Assembly: GCA_026984675.1 (NCBI GenBank)
Contig: JALSRQ010000015.1
Span: 9,470 to 73,469, forward strand
Reading direction: 5' to 3'
DNA: 64,000 nt
From: Thermaceae bacterium
GTDB taxonomy: Bacteria > Deinococcota > Deinococci > Deinococcales > Marinithermaceae
Under the pieces are notes generated by a model. It saw nothing but the letters and a program-made list of their open reading frames with translations, was not told the DNA's origin and made no database searches. Positions 1 to 8,301 of the stretch are shown here, piece after piece. Each line of letters opens with the position of its first letter. The first letter of the stretch is position 1. The translations under genes were made by a program, and so were the position numbers.

Positions 1-894
1 CGGGCCGAGTACGACCGGCGGGGCTACGTCGAGGGGGCCGAGGCCTACCGGAACGTCGACCCCGAGGACCTCTTCGACCTCTTCGAGGACCTCTTCGGGG
101 TCCGCTTCGGACCCCGCGCCCGCCCCCGGCGGGGGGAGGACCTCGAGGTCGCCGTGACCGTGGACCTCACCACCGTGGCCCGGGGCGGGCGGATCCCCGT
201 CCGCTACCGCCGGCGGGTGCTCTGCCCCACCTGCCGGGGGAGCGGGGGCAAGAGCCAGGTCTGCCCCACCTGCCGGGGGAGCGGCCGGGTGCAGCAGTAC
301 CAGCGAACCTTCTTCGGCACCATGGTGCAGGAATCGGTCTGCCCCCACTGCAAGGGGCAGGGGCGGATCCTCACCGAGGCCTGCCCCACCTGCGGCGGGC
401 GCGGCTGGGTCGAGGAGGAGGCCGCCCTCGAGGTGGCGATCCCCCCCGGGATCGACGAGCACCAGCGCCTCCGGATCCCCGGGGCCGGGCACCAGGGGCC
501 CGGCGGCGCCGGCGACCTCTACCTGCGGGTGCGGGTGCGGCCCCACCCCGAGCTTCGCCGCGACGGCAAGAACCTGGTCTACACCCTGAAGCTCGGGCTG
601 GCCCAGGCGGCCCTCGGCGCCCGGGTCGAGGTGCCGGGCCTGGAGGGGCCGGTGCCGCTGGAGGTGCCGCCCGGGACCGGGCACGGGGAGGTCTTCGAGC
701 TCGAGGGGGCGGGGCTCCCCGACCCCTCCGGCGGGCCGCCGGGGAGCCTCCTGGTGGTCACCGCCCTGAAGGTTCCCAAGAAGCTTCCCCCCAAGGCCAA
801 GAAGGCCCTCCTGGAGTACGCCGAGGCGATGGGCGAGGAGGCCGGCCTCGAGGGCCTCTGGGACAAGGTCAAACGGGCCTTCAAAAAAGGCTAG
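1..894 (+). CDS. dnaJ: Chaperone DnaJ, 5'-truncated by window edge
   Basis: Frame 1 is open from nt 1. G/F-type linker (DLFDLFEDLFG), four CxxCxGxG zinc-finger repeats (CPTCRGSG x2, CPHCKGQG, CPTCGGRG), then C-terminal client-binding region. Confidence 0.9.
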   Translation, partial: RAEYDRRGYVEGAEAYRNVDPEDLFDLFEDLFGVRFGPRARPRRGEDLEVAVTVDLTTVARGGRIPVRYRRRVLCPTCRGSGGKSQVCPTCRGSGRVQQYQRTFFGTMVQESVCPHCKGQGRILTEACPTCGGRGWVEEEAALEVAIPPGIDEHQRLRIPGAGHQGPGGAGDLYLRVRVRPHPELRRDGKNLVYTLKLGLAQAALGARVEVPGLEGPVPLEVPPGTGHGEVFELEGAGLPDPSGGPPGSLLVVTALKVPKKLPPKAKKALLEYAEAMGEEAGLEGLWDKVKRAFKKG

Positions 895-996
895 ACAAAC
901 CCCCCTCGGGGTGGTAGCCTTAGGCGTCCGGGGAAAATCCGGGGGCGCCAAGCGAGTCCCAACCCCCTGATCCGGACGGGAGAAAGGAAGTACGCA

Positions 997-1218
997 ATGC
1001 CGAAGGGTCGAGTTAAGTGGTTTAACGCGGAAAAGGGCTACGGGTTCATCGAGCAGGAGGGCGGGAGCGACGTTTTCGTCCACTACACCGCCATCAACGC
1101 CGAGGGCTTCCGTACCCTGAACGAGGGCGACGTCGTCGAGTTCGAGGTCGAGCCCGGCCGGGCCGGGAAGGGCCCCCAGGCGGTGAACGTCACCGTCGTC
1201 GAGCCGGCCGACCACTAA
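997..1218 (+). CDS. csp: Cold-shock protein, CspA family
   Basis: 73 aa with RNP1/RNP2 motifs (KGYGFI, VFVHY). SD gggagaaaggaag lies upstream. Confidence 0.95.
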   Translation: MPKGRVKWFNAEKGYGFIEQEGGSDVFVHYTAINAEGFRTLNEGDVVEFEVEPGRAGKGPQAVNVTVVEPADH

Positions 1219-1238
1219 ACCCAAAACCGCATCGCGAG

Positions 1239-1259
1239 GGCCGGGGTCGTACCCCGGCC
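1239..1259 (+). terminator. Hairpin downstream of csp (ggccgggg-tcgta-ccccggcc)
   Basis: Perfect 8-bp GC stem 21 nt after the csp stop. Only a weak T-rich tail follows (tacgcttctc). Confidence 0.45.
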
Positions 1260-1297
1260 TACGCTTCTCATGGCCCCGCCCCCGTAAGATGGGCGCG

Positions 1298-1783
1298 ATG
1301 ATCCCCCTCGCCGAGCTCACCCCGAAGCGGAGGCCGGCCCGCCCCGAGGACGCCGCCAGGCTCCACGCCGTCTACCTGGCGAGCCCCGGCTACTTCCGCC
1401 TGCTGGGCTCGGAACCCCCCGCCCTGGCCGACGTCGCCCGCGAACTCGAGGCCGCCGCCCGCGACCCCCGGCGGCGGCTCGAGCTCCTCTACCTGAACCG
1501 GCGGGCGGTCGGGGTCCTCGACTACAAGCTCGATCACCCCGGACCCGGCGAGGCCGCCATCTCGCTGGTGCTGGTGGCCGAACCCTACCGGGGCCGGGGG
1601 ATCGGGCGGCGGGCGGTGGCGGCCCTCGAGGCCGAGCTCAAGCCCCGGGCCCGCCGCCTCTACGCCGTGGTCTACGGCCAAAACCCCGGCGCCGAGCGGT
1701 TCTTCCAGGCCCTCGGCTACCGCTACTGGAAGAACGGCGGCCCCGCCCTGCGGTGGTACGCCAAGGCCCTCTCGGAGGGCTAG
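1298..1783 (+). CDS. GNAT family N-acetyltransferase
   Basis: Acetyl-CoA binding motif RGRGIGRRAVAALE. Start moved from the first ATG (1289), which overlaps the -10 box, to ATG 1298 because TAAGAT (1285-1290) sits 7 nt upstream (leaderless pattern). Confidence 0.7.
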   Translation: MIPLAELTPKRRPARPEDAARLHAVYLASPGYFRLLGSEPPALADVARELEAAARDPRRRLELLYLNRRAVGVLDYKLDHPGPGEAAISLVLVAEPYRGRGIGRRAVAALEAELKPRARRLYAVVYGQNPGAERFFQALGYRYWKNGGPALRWYAKALSEG

Positions 1784-2094
1784 CGGGGCGCCATCACCAC
1801 CAGCAGCACGGTGGGGCTCGCCGAGTCGTTCCGGACCCCGTGGCGCCGGCCGGCCGGGGCGTACCCCGCGGAACCCTCGGGGAGCAGGGCCTCCTCGTCC
1901 CCCACGGTGAGGATCGCCTCGCCCTCGAGCGCGTAGTAGATCTTGTCGGCGTCCTCGTGCACGTGGAGCCGCTGGGCCTGCCCGGGCAGGAGGGTGTAGA
2001 GGTCGTAGCGGAGGTAGGGCGAGGGGAAGACCTCGATCTTCTGCATCCTCTCTTCTGAAAACCGCACCAGGCTGGCCAGGTCCTTGATCTCCAT
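1780..2094 (-). CDS. Cupin domain protein (104 aa)
   Basis: C-terminal part of track ORF 1780..2883, starting at MEIKDLASL. Cupin motifs HVHEDADKIYYALEGE and GYAPAGRRHGVRN. -10 TATAGT lies 6 nt upstream of the ATG. Confidence 0.75.
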   Translation of the reverse strand: MEIKDLASLVRFSEERMQKIEVFPSPYLRYDLYTLLPGQAQRLHVHEDADKIYYALEGEAILTVGDEEALLPEGSAGYAPAGRRHGVRNDSASPTVLLVVMAPR

Positions 2095-2100
2095 GCCGCC

Positions 2101-2108
2101 ACTATAAT
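2101..2108. promoter_or_regulatory. Shared bidirectional -10 element ACTATAAT
   Basis: Plus strand TATAAT (2103-2108) is 7 nt from ATG 2116. Minus strand TATAGT (2101-2106) is 6 nt from ATG 2094. The whole intergenic gap is 21 nt. Confidence 0.55.
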
Positions 2109-2115
2109 CCGGGTC

Positions 2116-2901
2116 ATGGAACTCGGGATTCGGGGAAAAACCGCGCTGGTGACCGGGGCCTCCCGGGGCATCGGACGGGCGGTGGCCGAGGCCCTGGCGG
2201 CCGAGGGGGCCCGGGTCTTTCTGGTGGCCCGGAGCGAGGACCGGCTGAGGGCCCTCGCCACCTCGCTGAGGGAGCGGGGGGCCGAGGCCGACCACCTGGC
2301 CGCCGACCTGACCGAGCCGGCGGCCGCCGAGCGGGTGCTCCAGGCGGCCCGGGCCTTCGGCCCGGTGGAGCTCTTTCTGGGCAACACCGGCGGACCCCCG
2401 CCGGGCCGGGCCGAGGAGCTCGGGCCCGAGGCCTGGAGCGCGGCCTTCGGCCAGCTCTTCCTGCCGATGGTCCGGCTGGTCCGGGGCCTCCTCCCGGGGA
2501 TGAAGGCCGGGGGGTTCGGGCGGATCGTCTTCATCACCTCCCTGGCGGTCAAGGAGCCGGTCGAGGACCTCGCCCTCTCCAACGCGATCCGTGCCGGTCT
2601 CACCGGCTACCTGAAGACCCTCTCCCGGGAGGTCGCGGCCCACGGGGTCACGGTCAACGCGGTGGCCCCGGGCTACACCAAGACCGAGCGGGTGGAATCG
2701 CTCTTTGCCCGCCAGGCCGAGCGGGAGGGGCTGCCCCTGGAGGCGATCTACCGCCGGGTCGAGGAGCGGATCCCCGCCGGGCGGCTGGGGCGCCCCGAGG
2801 AGGTCGCCGCCCTGGCGGTCTTTCTGATGGGAACGCCGGCCGCCTACGTCACCGGCCAGACCTGGGTCGCCGACGGCGGCCACCTTCGCTTTCTGCTTTA
2901 A
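2116..2901 (+). CDS. Short-chain dehydrogenase/reductase (SDR), 3-oxoacyl-ACP reductase-like
   Basis: TGASRGIG cofactor motif; 261 aa typical length; C-terminal GQTWVADGG. Confidence 0.9.
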   Translation: MELGIRGKTALVTGASRGIGRAVAEALAAEGARVFLVARSEDRLRALATSLRERGAEADHLAADLTEPAAAERVLQAARAFGPVELFLGNTGGPPPGRAEELGPEAWSAAFGQLFLPMVRLVRGLLPGMKAGGFGRIVFITSLAVKEPVEDLALSNAIRAGLTGYLKTLSREVAAHGVTVNAVAPGYTKTERVESLFARQAEREGLPLEAIYRRVEERIPAGRLGRPEEVAALAVFLMGTPAAYVTGQTWVADGGHLRFLL

Positions 2902-2911
2902 TGGGCGGCGT

Positions 2912-3337
2912 ATGGCGCGGAAGAAGATCGTCGTTCAGCACCTGTGCGGTTACCGCTTCGCCGCCGAGAACGAAAACCAGGTCCGGGTGGTGGCCGACGG
3001 CGACCAACCCGCCCTCGGCCTCCGGCCCATGGAGCTCTTGCTCGCCGCCCTCGGCTCCTGCACCGCCTACGACGTGGTCAGCATCATGAACAAAAAGCGC
3101 CTGCCCCTAACGCGCTACCGGGTCGAGGTCGAGGGCGAGCGGGCCGAGCATCACCCCCGCCGCTACACCCGGATCGTGGTCCGCCACGTCGGCAGCGGGC
3201 CGGGGGTCACCGAAAAGGCCCTCCGCCACGCCGCCGAGCTCTCCCACCGGAAGTTCTGCTCGGTGACCGCCAACCTCAACGCCGAGGTGGACCTCGAGGT
3301 GGTGGTCGAGCCCTGGGAGGAAGGGACCGCCTCCTAG
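2912..3337 (+). CDS. OsmC/Ohr family peroxiredoxin-like protein
   Basis: 141 aa. Paired Cys context (LGSCTAYD and KFCSV) typical of the OsmC family. Confidence 0.8.
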   Translation: MARKKIVVQHLCGYRFAAENENQVRVVADGDQPALGLRPMELLLAALGSCTAYDVVSIMNKKRLPLTRYRVEVEGERAEHHPRRYTRIVVRHVGSGPGVTEKALRHAAELSHRKFCSVTANLNAEVDLEVVVEPWEEGTAS

Positions 3338-3495
3338 CCGAGGTCCGCCGGCGGGTCCGGGCCGGCGACGAGCTCGCCGCCATCGAGCGGCTCCGGGCCG
3401 CCCTGGAAGAACGCCCGGACCCGGCGCTCCGCTACCTCCTCGGCCACCTCCTGGTGCGGGTGGGCAAGGAGGTCGAGGGCAGCCGTCAGATCGAG

Positions 3496-6141
3496 CTAGC
3501 CGGGGAGGAGCTGGGGGTCGGCGAGGGCGGCCTCGAGGACCTCCTCGTCGAGCTCCAGGACCTCCTCCTTCCGGAGGAAGACCAGCCGGACCCGGGGCCG
3601 GACCCCTAGCGCCTCCCCGACCGCCCGGGCGTAGACCCCGAGCTGGAAGGCGTAGCCGGCCTTTTGGGCGTGGTCGAGGAGGTCGCCCCCGACCCGGTCG
3701 GTCTTGTAGTCCTCGAGGTACCAGACCCCGCCCGCCCGGTAGAGGCGGTCGATCACCCCCTCGATCACCGCGCCCTTCCAGGGCAGGACGAAGGGCCACT
3801 CGGCCCGATCCTCCTCCCGCTGGGAAAGCGGCACCAGGGGGCCCGCGAGCAGACGGCGGTAGGCGGCCAGCAGCGCGGCCACCTCCTCCCGCACCCGCGC
3901 CCGTTCCTGGGCGGTGAGGGGGCGGGCCACCTCCTGGCGGAGGAGGGCGTCGAGGCGGTCGGGCTCGGGGGGCCAGTCCTGGGCGATCGCGAAGTGGACC
4001 AGGACCCCCACCGCCCGGGCCAGCAGCCGGGCCGGGGCCCCGGCCGGCTCGGCCGGCCCCTCGGGGTCCTCGATCGCCGCCCGCTCCTCGAGGAGGGCCG
4101 AGGGCGAGACCACCGGGGGCAGCGGTCCGGGCCCCGCCGGCGGGGGCGGCTCGGGGGCCGGCGGGGGCGCGGCCCTGGGCTTGGGCCTCCCCGCTGCCGG
4201 GGGCGGGGGGCCGCCCCGGCGCACCGCCGACGCTCCCTTAAGCTCGGGCCACTCCCAGGGGGCCAGGGCCTCCAGCGCGTGGGCCGGGTTGCCCCGGCGC
4301 GGCCTCCGGGGGCCCAGGCTGTAGCTCAGGTAGAGCCGCTCCCGGGCCCGGGAGAGGGCGACGTAGAGCAGGCGGTAGGCCTCGTCGGCCTCGCGGGCCT
4401 TCCAGGCCTTCTGGAAGCCGGGGTAGGCCGGGTCCCCCTTGCGGGCGAAGGCGCCGCCGCCGGGCTCGACGTAGATCTCGGGGTCGTCGCCGCCGCCGCC
4501 GCGGTTTAGGTCGAAGGCCCAGACCACCGGCCACTCCAGCCCCTTGGCCTTGTGCACGGTGAGGACGCGGACCGCGTCCTCGCCGCCCTCGGCGAAGGCC
4601 CCCTCGTCCTCGACCCGGGCCAGCCGCTCGAAGGCGGCCAGCAAGAGGGGGTAGCGGCCGGCGGCGACCCGGGCGAGCTTGAACAGGACCGCGTCGACGT
4701 TGACCCGGGCCTCGGGGGCGAGCCGCTCGAGGAACCCCGCCCCGCTGGGCCCGGGCTCGCGGACCAGCTCCTCCAGGAAGGCCAGCGGCGGGGTCCTCCC
4801 GGCCCGCTCCCGCAGGGCCTCGAGGTAGGCCCGCACCGCCCCCCGCCCGGCCAGGGCGGAACGGGGGTCGGGGGCGGCGGCCACCGCCAGGGCCTCCTCC
4901 AGCGAAAGCCCCACGAAGGGGCTATGGAGGAAGCTCGCCAGGGCCAGCCGGTCGTCGGGGTCGAGGACCGCCTTCAGGGCGTGGTAGAGGTCCTGCACCT
5001 CGGGGCGGTGGAAGAGCCCCCGGCCGCCGAGCACCACGTAGGGCACCCGGTGGCGCCGGAAGGCGGCCTCGAGGAACCGGATCGAGCCGTAGCTCCGCAC
5101 CAGCACCGCCATCGCCCGGTAGGGCACCCCCTCCTCCCGGTGGAGGCGGGAGAGCCGGTGGGCGAGCCAGGCGGCCTCCCGGGGCCGGAGCCGGTCGAGG
5201 GCCTCGCCCTCGAGCTTCAAAAGCCCCACCCGGCTCGGCCCCTCCCGGGCCGGCTCCACCGGCGGAGCCTCCTCCGGGGAAAACCCGAGCCGCCGCCGGG
5301 CGAGCCCGTCGGTGAGCCGGTTGAGGAACGCCGCCATCAAGGGGGGGTGGCGGTAGGTCTTGGTAAGCGGAGGCAGCCGCTCCCCCACCCTTAGGGCCCG
5401 GCGAAACACCTCGACGTCGGCGTTCCGGAAGGCGTAGATCGACTGCTTGGGATCGCCGACCAGGTAGAGCTCGACCCCGAGCCCGGCGAGCCCCTCGAAG
5501 ACCTCGCCCTGGAGCGGGCTGGTGTCCTGGTACTCGTCGACGAAGACCCGGCGGAAGCGGTCGCGCAGCCGGTCGGCGAGGGCCCGGTTTCGGGTCAGGA
5601 GCCCGACCAGCCGGCGGGCCTGCCGCTCGATCTCGGTGGGGCCCAGGTGGCGCTCGAGGTAGCGCCGGTGGTAGGCGGCGAGGGCCTCGCCGAAGAGGGC
5701 GAAGAGGGCCTCGGCCCCGGGCCCCTGGGGCCTCAGCTCCCCGGCCAGGGAACGCTTTTGGAAGAGGGCGAGGAGGGCCTCGAGCTCCCCCTCCAACCCC
5801 TTAAGGTACAGCAGGCTGCGGGCCTCCTCGGCGAAGAGGAGTTCGGCCTCGGGGGCCTCCAGCCGCTGGAAGTCGGGGTCGAGGCCGAGGTAGGGGGCGA
5901 AGAGCCGGAGGAGCTCGGCGAAGAAGCCGTGGATGGTGGTGGCGAACACGGTGCCGGCGAGCTCGGCCCGGGGCGATTCGGCGATCGCCCGGGAAAGGCG
6001 GGTGGCGAGCTCGGCGGCGGCGGCCCGGGTGAAGGTGACCGCCGCCATCCGGTAGGGGGGGTGGCGGTCCAGCGCCTTTAGGTAGACCGCCACCAACCGG
6101 GTGGTCTTCCCGGTCCCGGCGGAGGCGATCTGAACCCTCAC
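3496..6141 (-). CDS. addA: UvrD-type helicase / PD-(D/E)XK nuclease, AddA-like
   Basis: Walker A ASAGTGKT, motif II VFVDEYQDTSPLQ, C-terminal nuclease motif IDRLY...YLEDYKTD. GTG start overlaps the upstream gene stop (GTGA). Confidence 0.85.
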   Translation of the reverse strand: MRVQIASAGTGKTTRLVAVYLKALDRHPPYRMAAVTFTRAAAAELATRLSRAIAESPRAELAGTVFATTIHGFFAELLRLFAPYLGLDPDFQRLEAPEAELLFAEEARSLLYLKGLEGELEALLALFQKRSLAGELRPQGPGAEALFALFGEALAAYHRRYLERHLGPTEIERQARRLVGLLTRNRALADRLRDRFRRVFVDEYQDTSPLQGEVFEGLAGLGVELYLVGDPKQSIYAFRNADVEVFRRALRVGERLPPLTKTYRHPPLMAAFLNRLTDGLARRRLGFSPEEAPPVEPAREGPSRVGLLKLEGEALDRLRPREAAWLAHRLSRLHREEGVPYRAMAVLVRSYGSIRFLEAAFRRHRVPYVVLGGRGLFHRPEVQDLYHALKAVLDPDDRLALASFLHSPFVGLSLEEALAVAAAPDPRSALAGRGAVRAYLEALRERAGRTPPLAFLEELVREPGPSGAGFLERLAPEARVNVDAVLFKLARVAAGRYPLLLAAFERLARVEDEGAFAEGGEDAVRVLTVHKAKGLEWPVVWAFDLNRGGGGDDPEIYVEPGGGAFARKGDPAYPGFQKAWKAREADEAYRLLYVALSRARERLYLSYSLGPRRPRRGNPAHALEALAPWEWPELKGASAVRRGGPPPPAAGRPKPRAAPPPAPEPPPPAGPGPLPPVVSPSALLEERAAIEDPEGPAEPAGAPARLLARAVGVLVHFAIAQDWPPEPDRLDALLRQEVARPLTAQERARVREEVAALLAAYRRLLAGPLVPLSQREEDRAEWPFVLPWKGAVIEGVIDRLYRAGGVWYLEDYKTDRVGGDLLDHAQKAGYAFQLGVYARAVGEALGVRPRVRLVFLRKEEVLELDEEVLEAALADPQLLPG

Positions 6142-8228
6142 CGCTGGCCCTCCCGGCAGAGCGCGAGGTAGGGGCAGTCGCGGCAGGCCCAGCCCGGGTG
6201 GGGGCGGGCGGCCTCCCCCTCAAGCCGCGCCAGCGCCGAGCGGAGCCGCGCGCGGACCTTGGGCAGCTCCCGGGCCGCCGCCTCGGTGACGTCCCGCGCC
6301 CCCTCGCCGGGGAACCAGCGGAGGACCCGGCCCCCCAGCGCCCCGTAGGCGAGCACGGTGTCCCAGCGGAGGCGGCCGCCGGCCTTGGCGGCGAACTCGT
6401 GGACGTCGTTGCCCTCCCGGGCGTGAACCCAGGCCGAGAGCCCCTCGTCCACCGGCACCTCGACCCAAAACCGAAGCCGCCTCCAGCGGTCCGGGTCCAG
6501 GCCCCACCCGGCCAGCGCCCCGGGGTCCCCCTCGGCCAGGGGGTCGAGGCGAGCGCGGTCCTCCCGCGGCCGGGGGACCCGGCGGTCGAAGAGGTAGCGG
6601 AGCCCGCAACCGGCGTGGGCGTAGCCCCGCACCTGGCCCACCGTGCGGGGGGGCGGCAGGTCGAGCCCGCCGAGCTCGCGGCGGTAGCCGGCCCCGCCCC
6701 GGCGGAGGTGGCGGCTTGGGAAGAGCCCCGGCACCGGTTCGGCCGGGCACCCGTCAAAGAGCGCCGGCTCGGGCCTCAACACCTCGCCCCCCTCGGTCTC
6801 GGGGTAGCTGAGCCAGACCTCCTCGCCCAGGTGCAAAAGGGCCTGGTGGAGCCAGCGGTCGTCGCCGGCGAGCCGGGGGGTGAGCCCCCCCGCCCGGCGG
6901 CAGTCCTCGGGAAAGAAGTAGTCCTCCCGTTCGCCCAGGCGGTAGCGGCCCTCGCTGGCCGAGAGGACGTAGGCCTTCCGGTAGCGGCGGCCCACCGCCG
7001 CCTGGGGGCCGAGGAGGGCCACCCCCAGGGGGGCGGGGCGGTAGAGCGACTGGGCCCGGATGAGCGCCTCCCACCAGGGCTCGGGGGCCTCGGGGTCGGC
7101 CTCGAGGGCCTCCCGCCAGAGCCGGGTGAGGAGCTCGGCCTCGCCGGGCTCGGCCTCGAGGCGGGCGAGGACCCGCTCGGCCAGGTCGGGACCCGGCGCC
7201 AGGGCGGCGAGCGCCGCCTCCAGGGCGGGCCCAAGCCCCAGCTCCCCGGCGAGCTTGGCGAGCGCCGCCCGGCCCGAAAGCCCCCGGGCCAGGGCGGCCT
7301 CGGCCAGGGGCCGGAGCTCGGGGAAGAAGAAGAGCCCCTCGGGGGTGGGGTGCTCGTGAAACCGGGCCAGCGCCAGCGCCGCCCGGCCCGCCGGCGTCTC
7401 GGCCAGGGCCCGGGGCACCTCGCGCATCAGGTAGAGGCCGTACTCCCGGGCCAGCAGCTCGACCTGGGGCAGGCGGATCTCGGGGACCACCAGGGCGATC
7501 TCGCTGGCGGGGAGGCCGGCCTCGATGTCCTTGAGGATCGAGAACAGGGCCCAGCGGAGCTCGGCGGCCGGGTTCTCGGCCCGGAAGGCCCGGACCGCCC
7601 GGGGCCTGGCCGGGGCCGGCCGGGTGGCCCAGACCTCGGTGCCCTGGTCGGCCAGGGCGGCGAGGAAGCGGGCCTCGAGGGGCAAAAGCCGGAAGAACCC
7701 GGCCACGAAGACCGCCTCCGGCCCCCGCACCCGCCCGGCCTCGGCCAGCCGCACCGCCGCCAGCCGCACGTCGTCGGCGTCCCACACCCCCTCCCGTTCC
7801 TTGGCCCGCTCGTAGGTGCGGTAGACCTCGCGCAAGCGGGCGACCTCGCGATCGCCCCGGCACTCCGGCAGCGCCTCGGGGCCGAGGCCGTGCCGCTTCG
7901 CCTCGGCGATCCCCCGGGTGAAGAGCACCGCCTCGCCGGCCGAGGGGGCGCGGTCGAACGCCGCCCGGTAGGCCGCCGCCACCCGGGCGATCCGGCCGCC
8001 CCGGCCGAGCACCGGCCGGAGCCCGCCGGCCTCGGTGACCGCCTGGTAGTAGACCCGCTGGAAGTGAAGGGCGGCGACCCCGAGCCGGGCCCCGCCCTGC
8101 CCCAGCCGCCAGAGGAAGTAGCGCCGCTGGGCGGGCAGGCTGATCCACCAGAGGGCGCCCCTATAGCCCCGCGCCCGCTCCAAGAGCCGGGCCTCGGTCG
8201 GTCCCGGGGGGCCCTCCAACCAGCGCAT
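6138..8228 (-). CDS. addB: AddB-like nuclease subunit with C-terminal 4-Cys cluster
   Basis: Start set at MRWLEGPPG (ATG 8228). One Cys (HAGCGLRY) plus terminal CRDCPYLALC gives the C...CxxCxxxxxC iron-staple pattern. Gene lies immediately upstream of and overlaps addA-like. Confidence 0.75.
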   Translation of the reverse strand: MRWLEGPPGPTEARLLERARGYRGALWWISLPAQRRYFLWRLGQGGARLGVAALHFQRVYYQAVTEAGGLRPVLGRGGRIARVAAAYRAAFDRAPSAGEAVLFTRGIAEAKRHGLGPEALPECRGDREVARLREVYRTYERAKEREGVWDADDVRLAAVRLAEAGRVRGPEAVFVAGFFRLLPLEARFLAALADQGTEVWATRPAPARPRAVRAFRAENPAAELRWALFSILKDIEAGLPASEIALVVPEIRLPQVELLAREYGLYLMREVPRALAETPAGRAALALARFHEHPTPEGLFFFPELRPLAEAALARGLSGRAALAKLAGELGLGPALEAALAALAPGPDLAERVLARLEAEPGEAELLTRLWREALEADPEAPEPWWEALIRAQSLYRPAPLGVALLGPQAAVGRRYRKAYVLSASEGRYRLGEREDYFFPEDCRRAGGLTPRLAGDDRWLHQALLHLGEEVWLSYPETEGGEVLRPEPALFDGCPAEPVPGLFPSRHLRRGGAGYRRELGGLDLPPPRTVGQVRGYAHAGCGLRYLFDRRVPRPREDRARLDPLAEGDPGALAGWGLDPDRWRRLRFWVEVPVDEGLSAWVHAREGNDVHEFAAKAGGRLRWDTVLAYGALGGRVLRWFPGEGARDVTEAAARELPKVRARLRSALARLEGEAARPHPGWACRDCPYLALCREGQR

Positions 8229-8256
8229 GACGCCCCTTAGTCTAGGGCCTCCCGGG

Positions 8257-8292
8257 TTGACAGCCGGGGGTGGGATACCTATCCTAGGTATC
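8257..8292 (+). promoter_or_regulatory. Peroxiredoxin promoter TTGACA-17-TATCCT with overlapping 8-bp inverted repeat
   Basis: -35 at 8257-8262, -10 at 8280-8285. GATACCTA (8274-8281) / TAGGTATC (8285-8292) is a perfect inverted repeat straddling the -10. Confidence 0.55.
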
Positions 8293-8301
8293 GGAGGTGT
8301 A

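Noticed and set aside
3338-3609. Possible small helical protein (AEVRRRVRAGDELAAIERLRAALEERPDPALRYLLGHLL...) in the 158-nt gap after the OsmC-like gene
   Set aside because: The frame has high GC3 and a protein-like sequence. However, no ATG, GTG or TTG start lies between the OsmC stop and the addA 3' end; the nearest in-frame start is at 2944, inside the OsmC gene. The ORF would also overlap addA by 113 nt. I treat it as non-coding convergent spacer, with low residual doubt.
6198-8240. 680-aa plus-strand ORF and 464-aa, 318-aa and 176-aa minus-strand ORFs within the addB-like gene
   Set aside because: These are alternative frames of a gene whose chosen frame alone gives the C-terminal 4-Cys nuclease signature and translational coupling to addA. 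The others are Pro/Gly/Arg-rich.
8227-8301. Upstream 25-codon extension of the peroxiredoxin ORF
   Set aside because: The extension covers the predicted promoter, operator and SD. Peroxiredoxin homology begins just after ATG 8302/8308.
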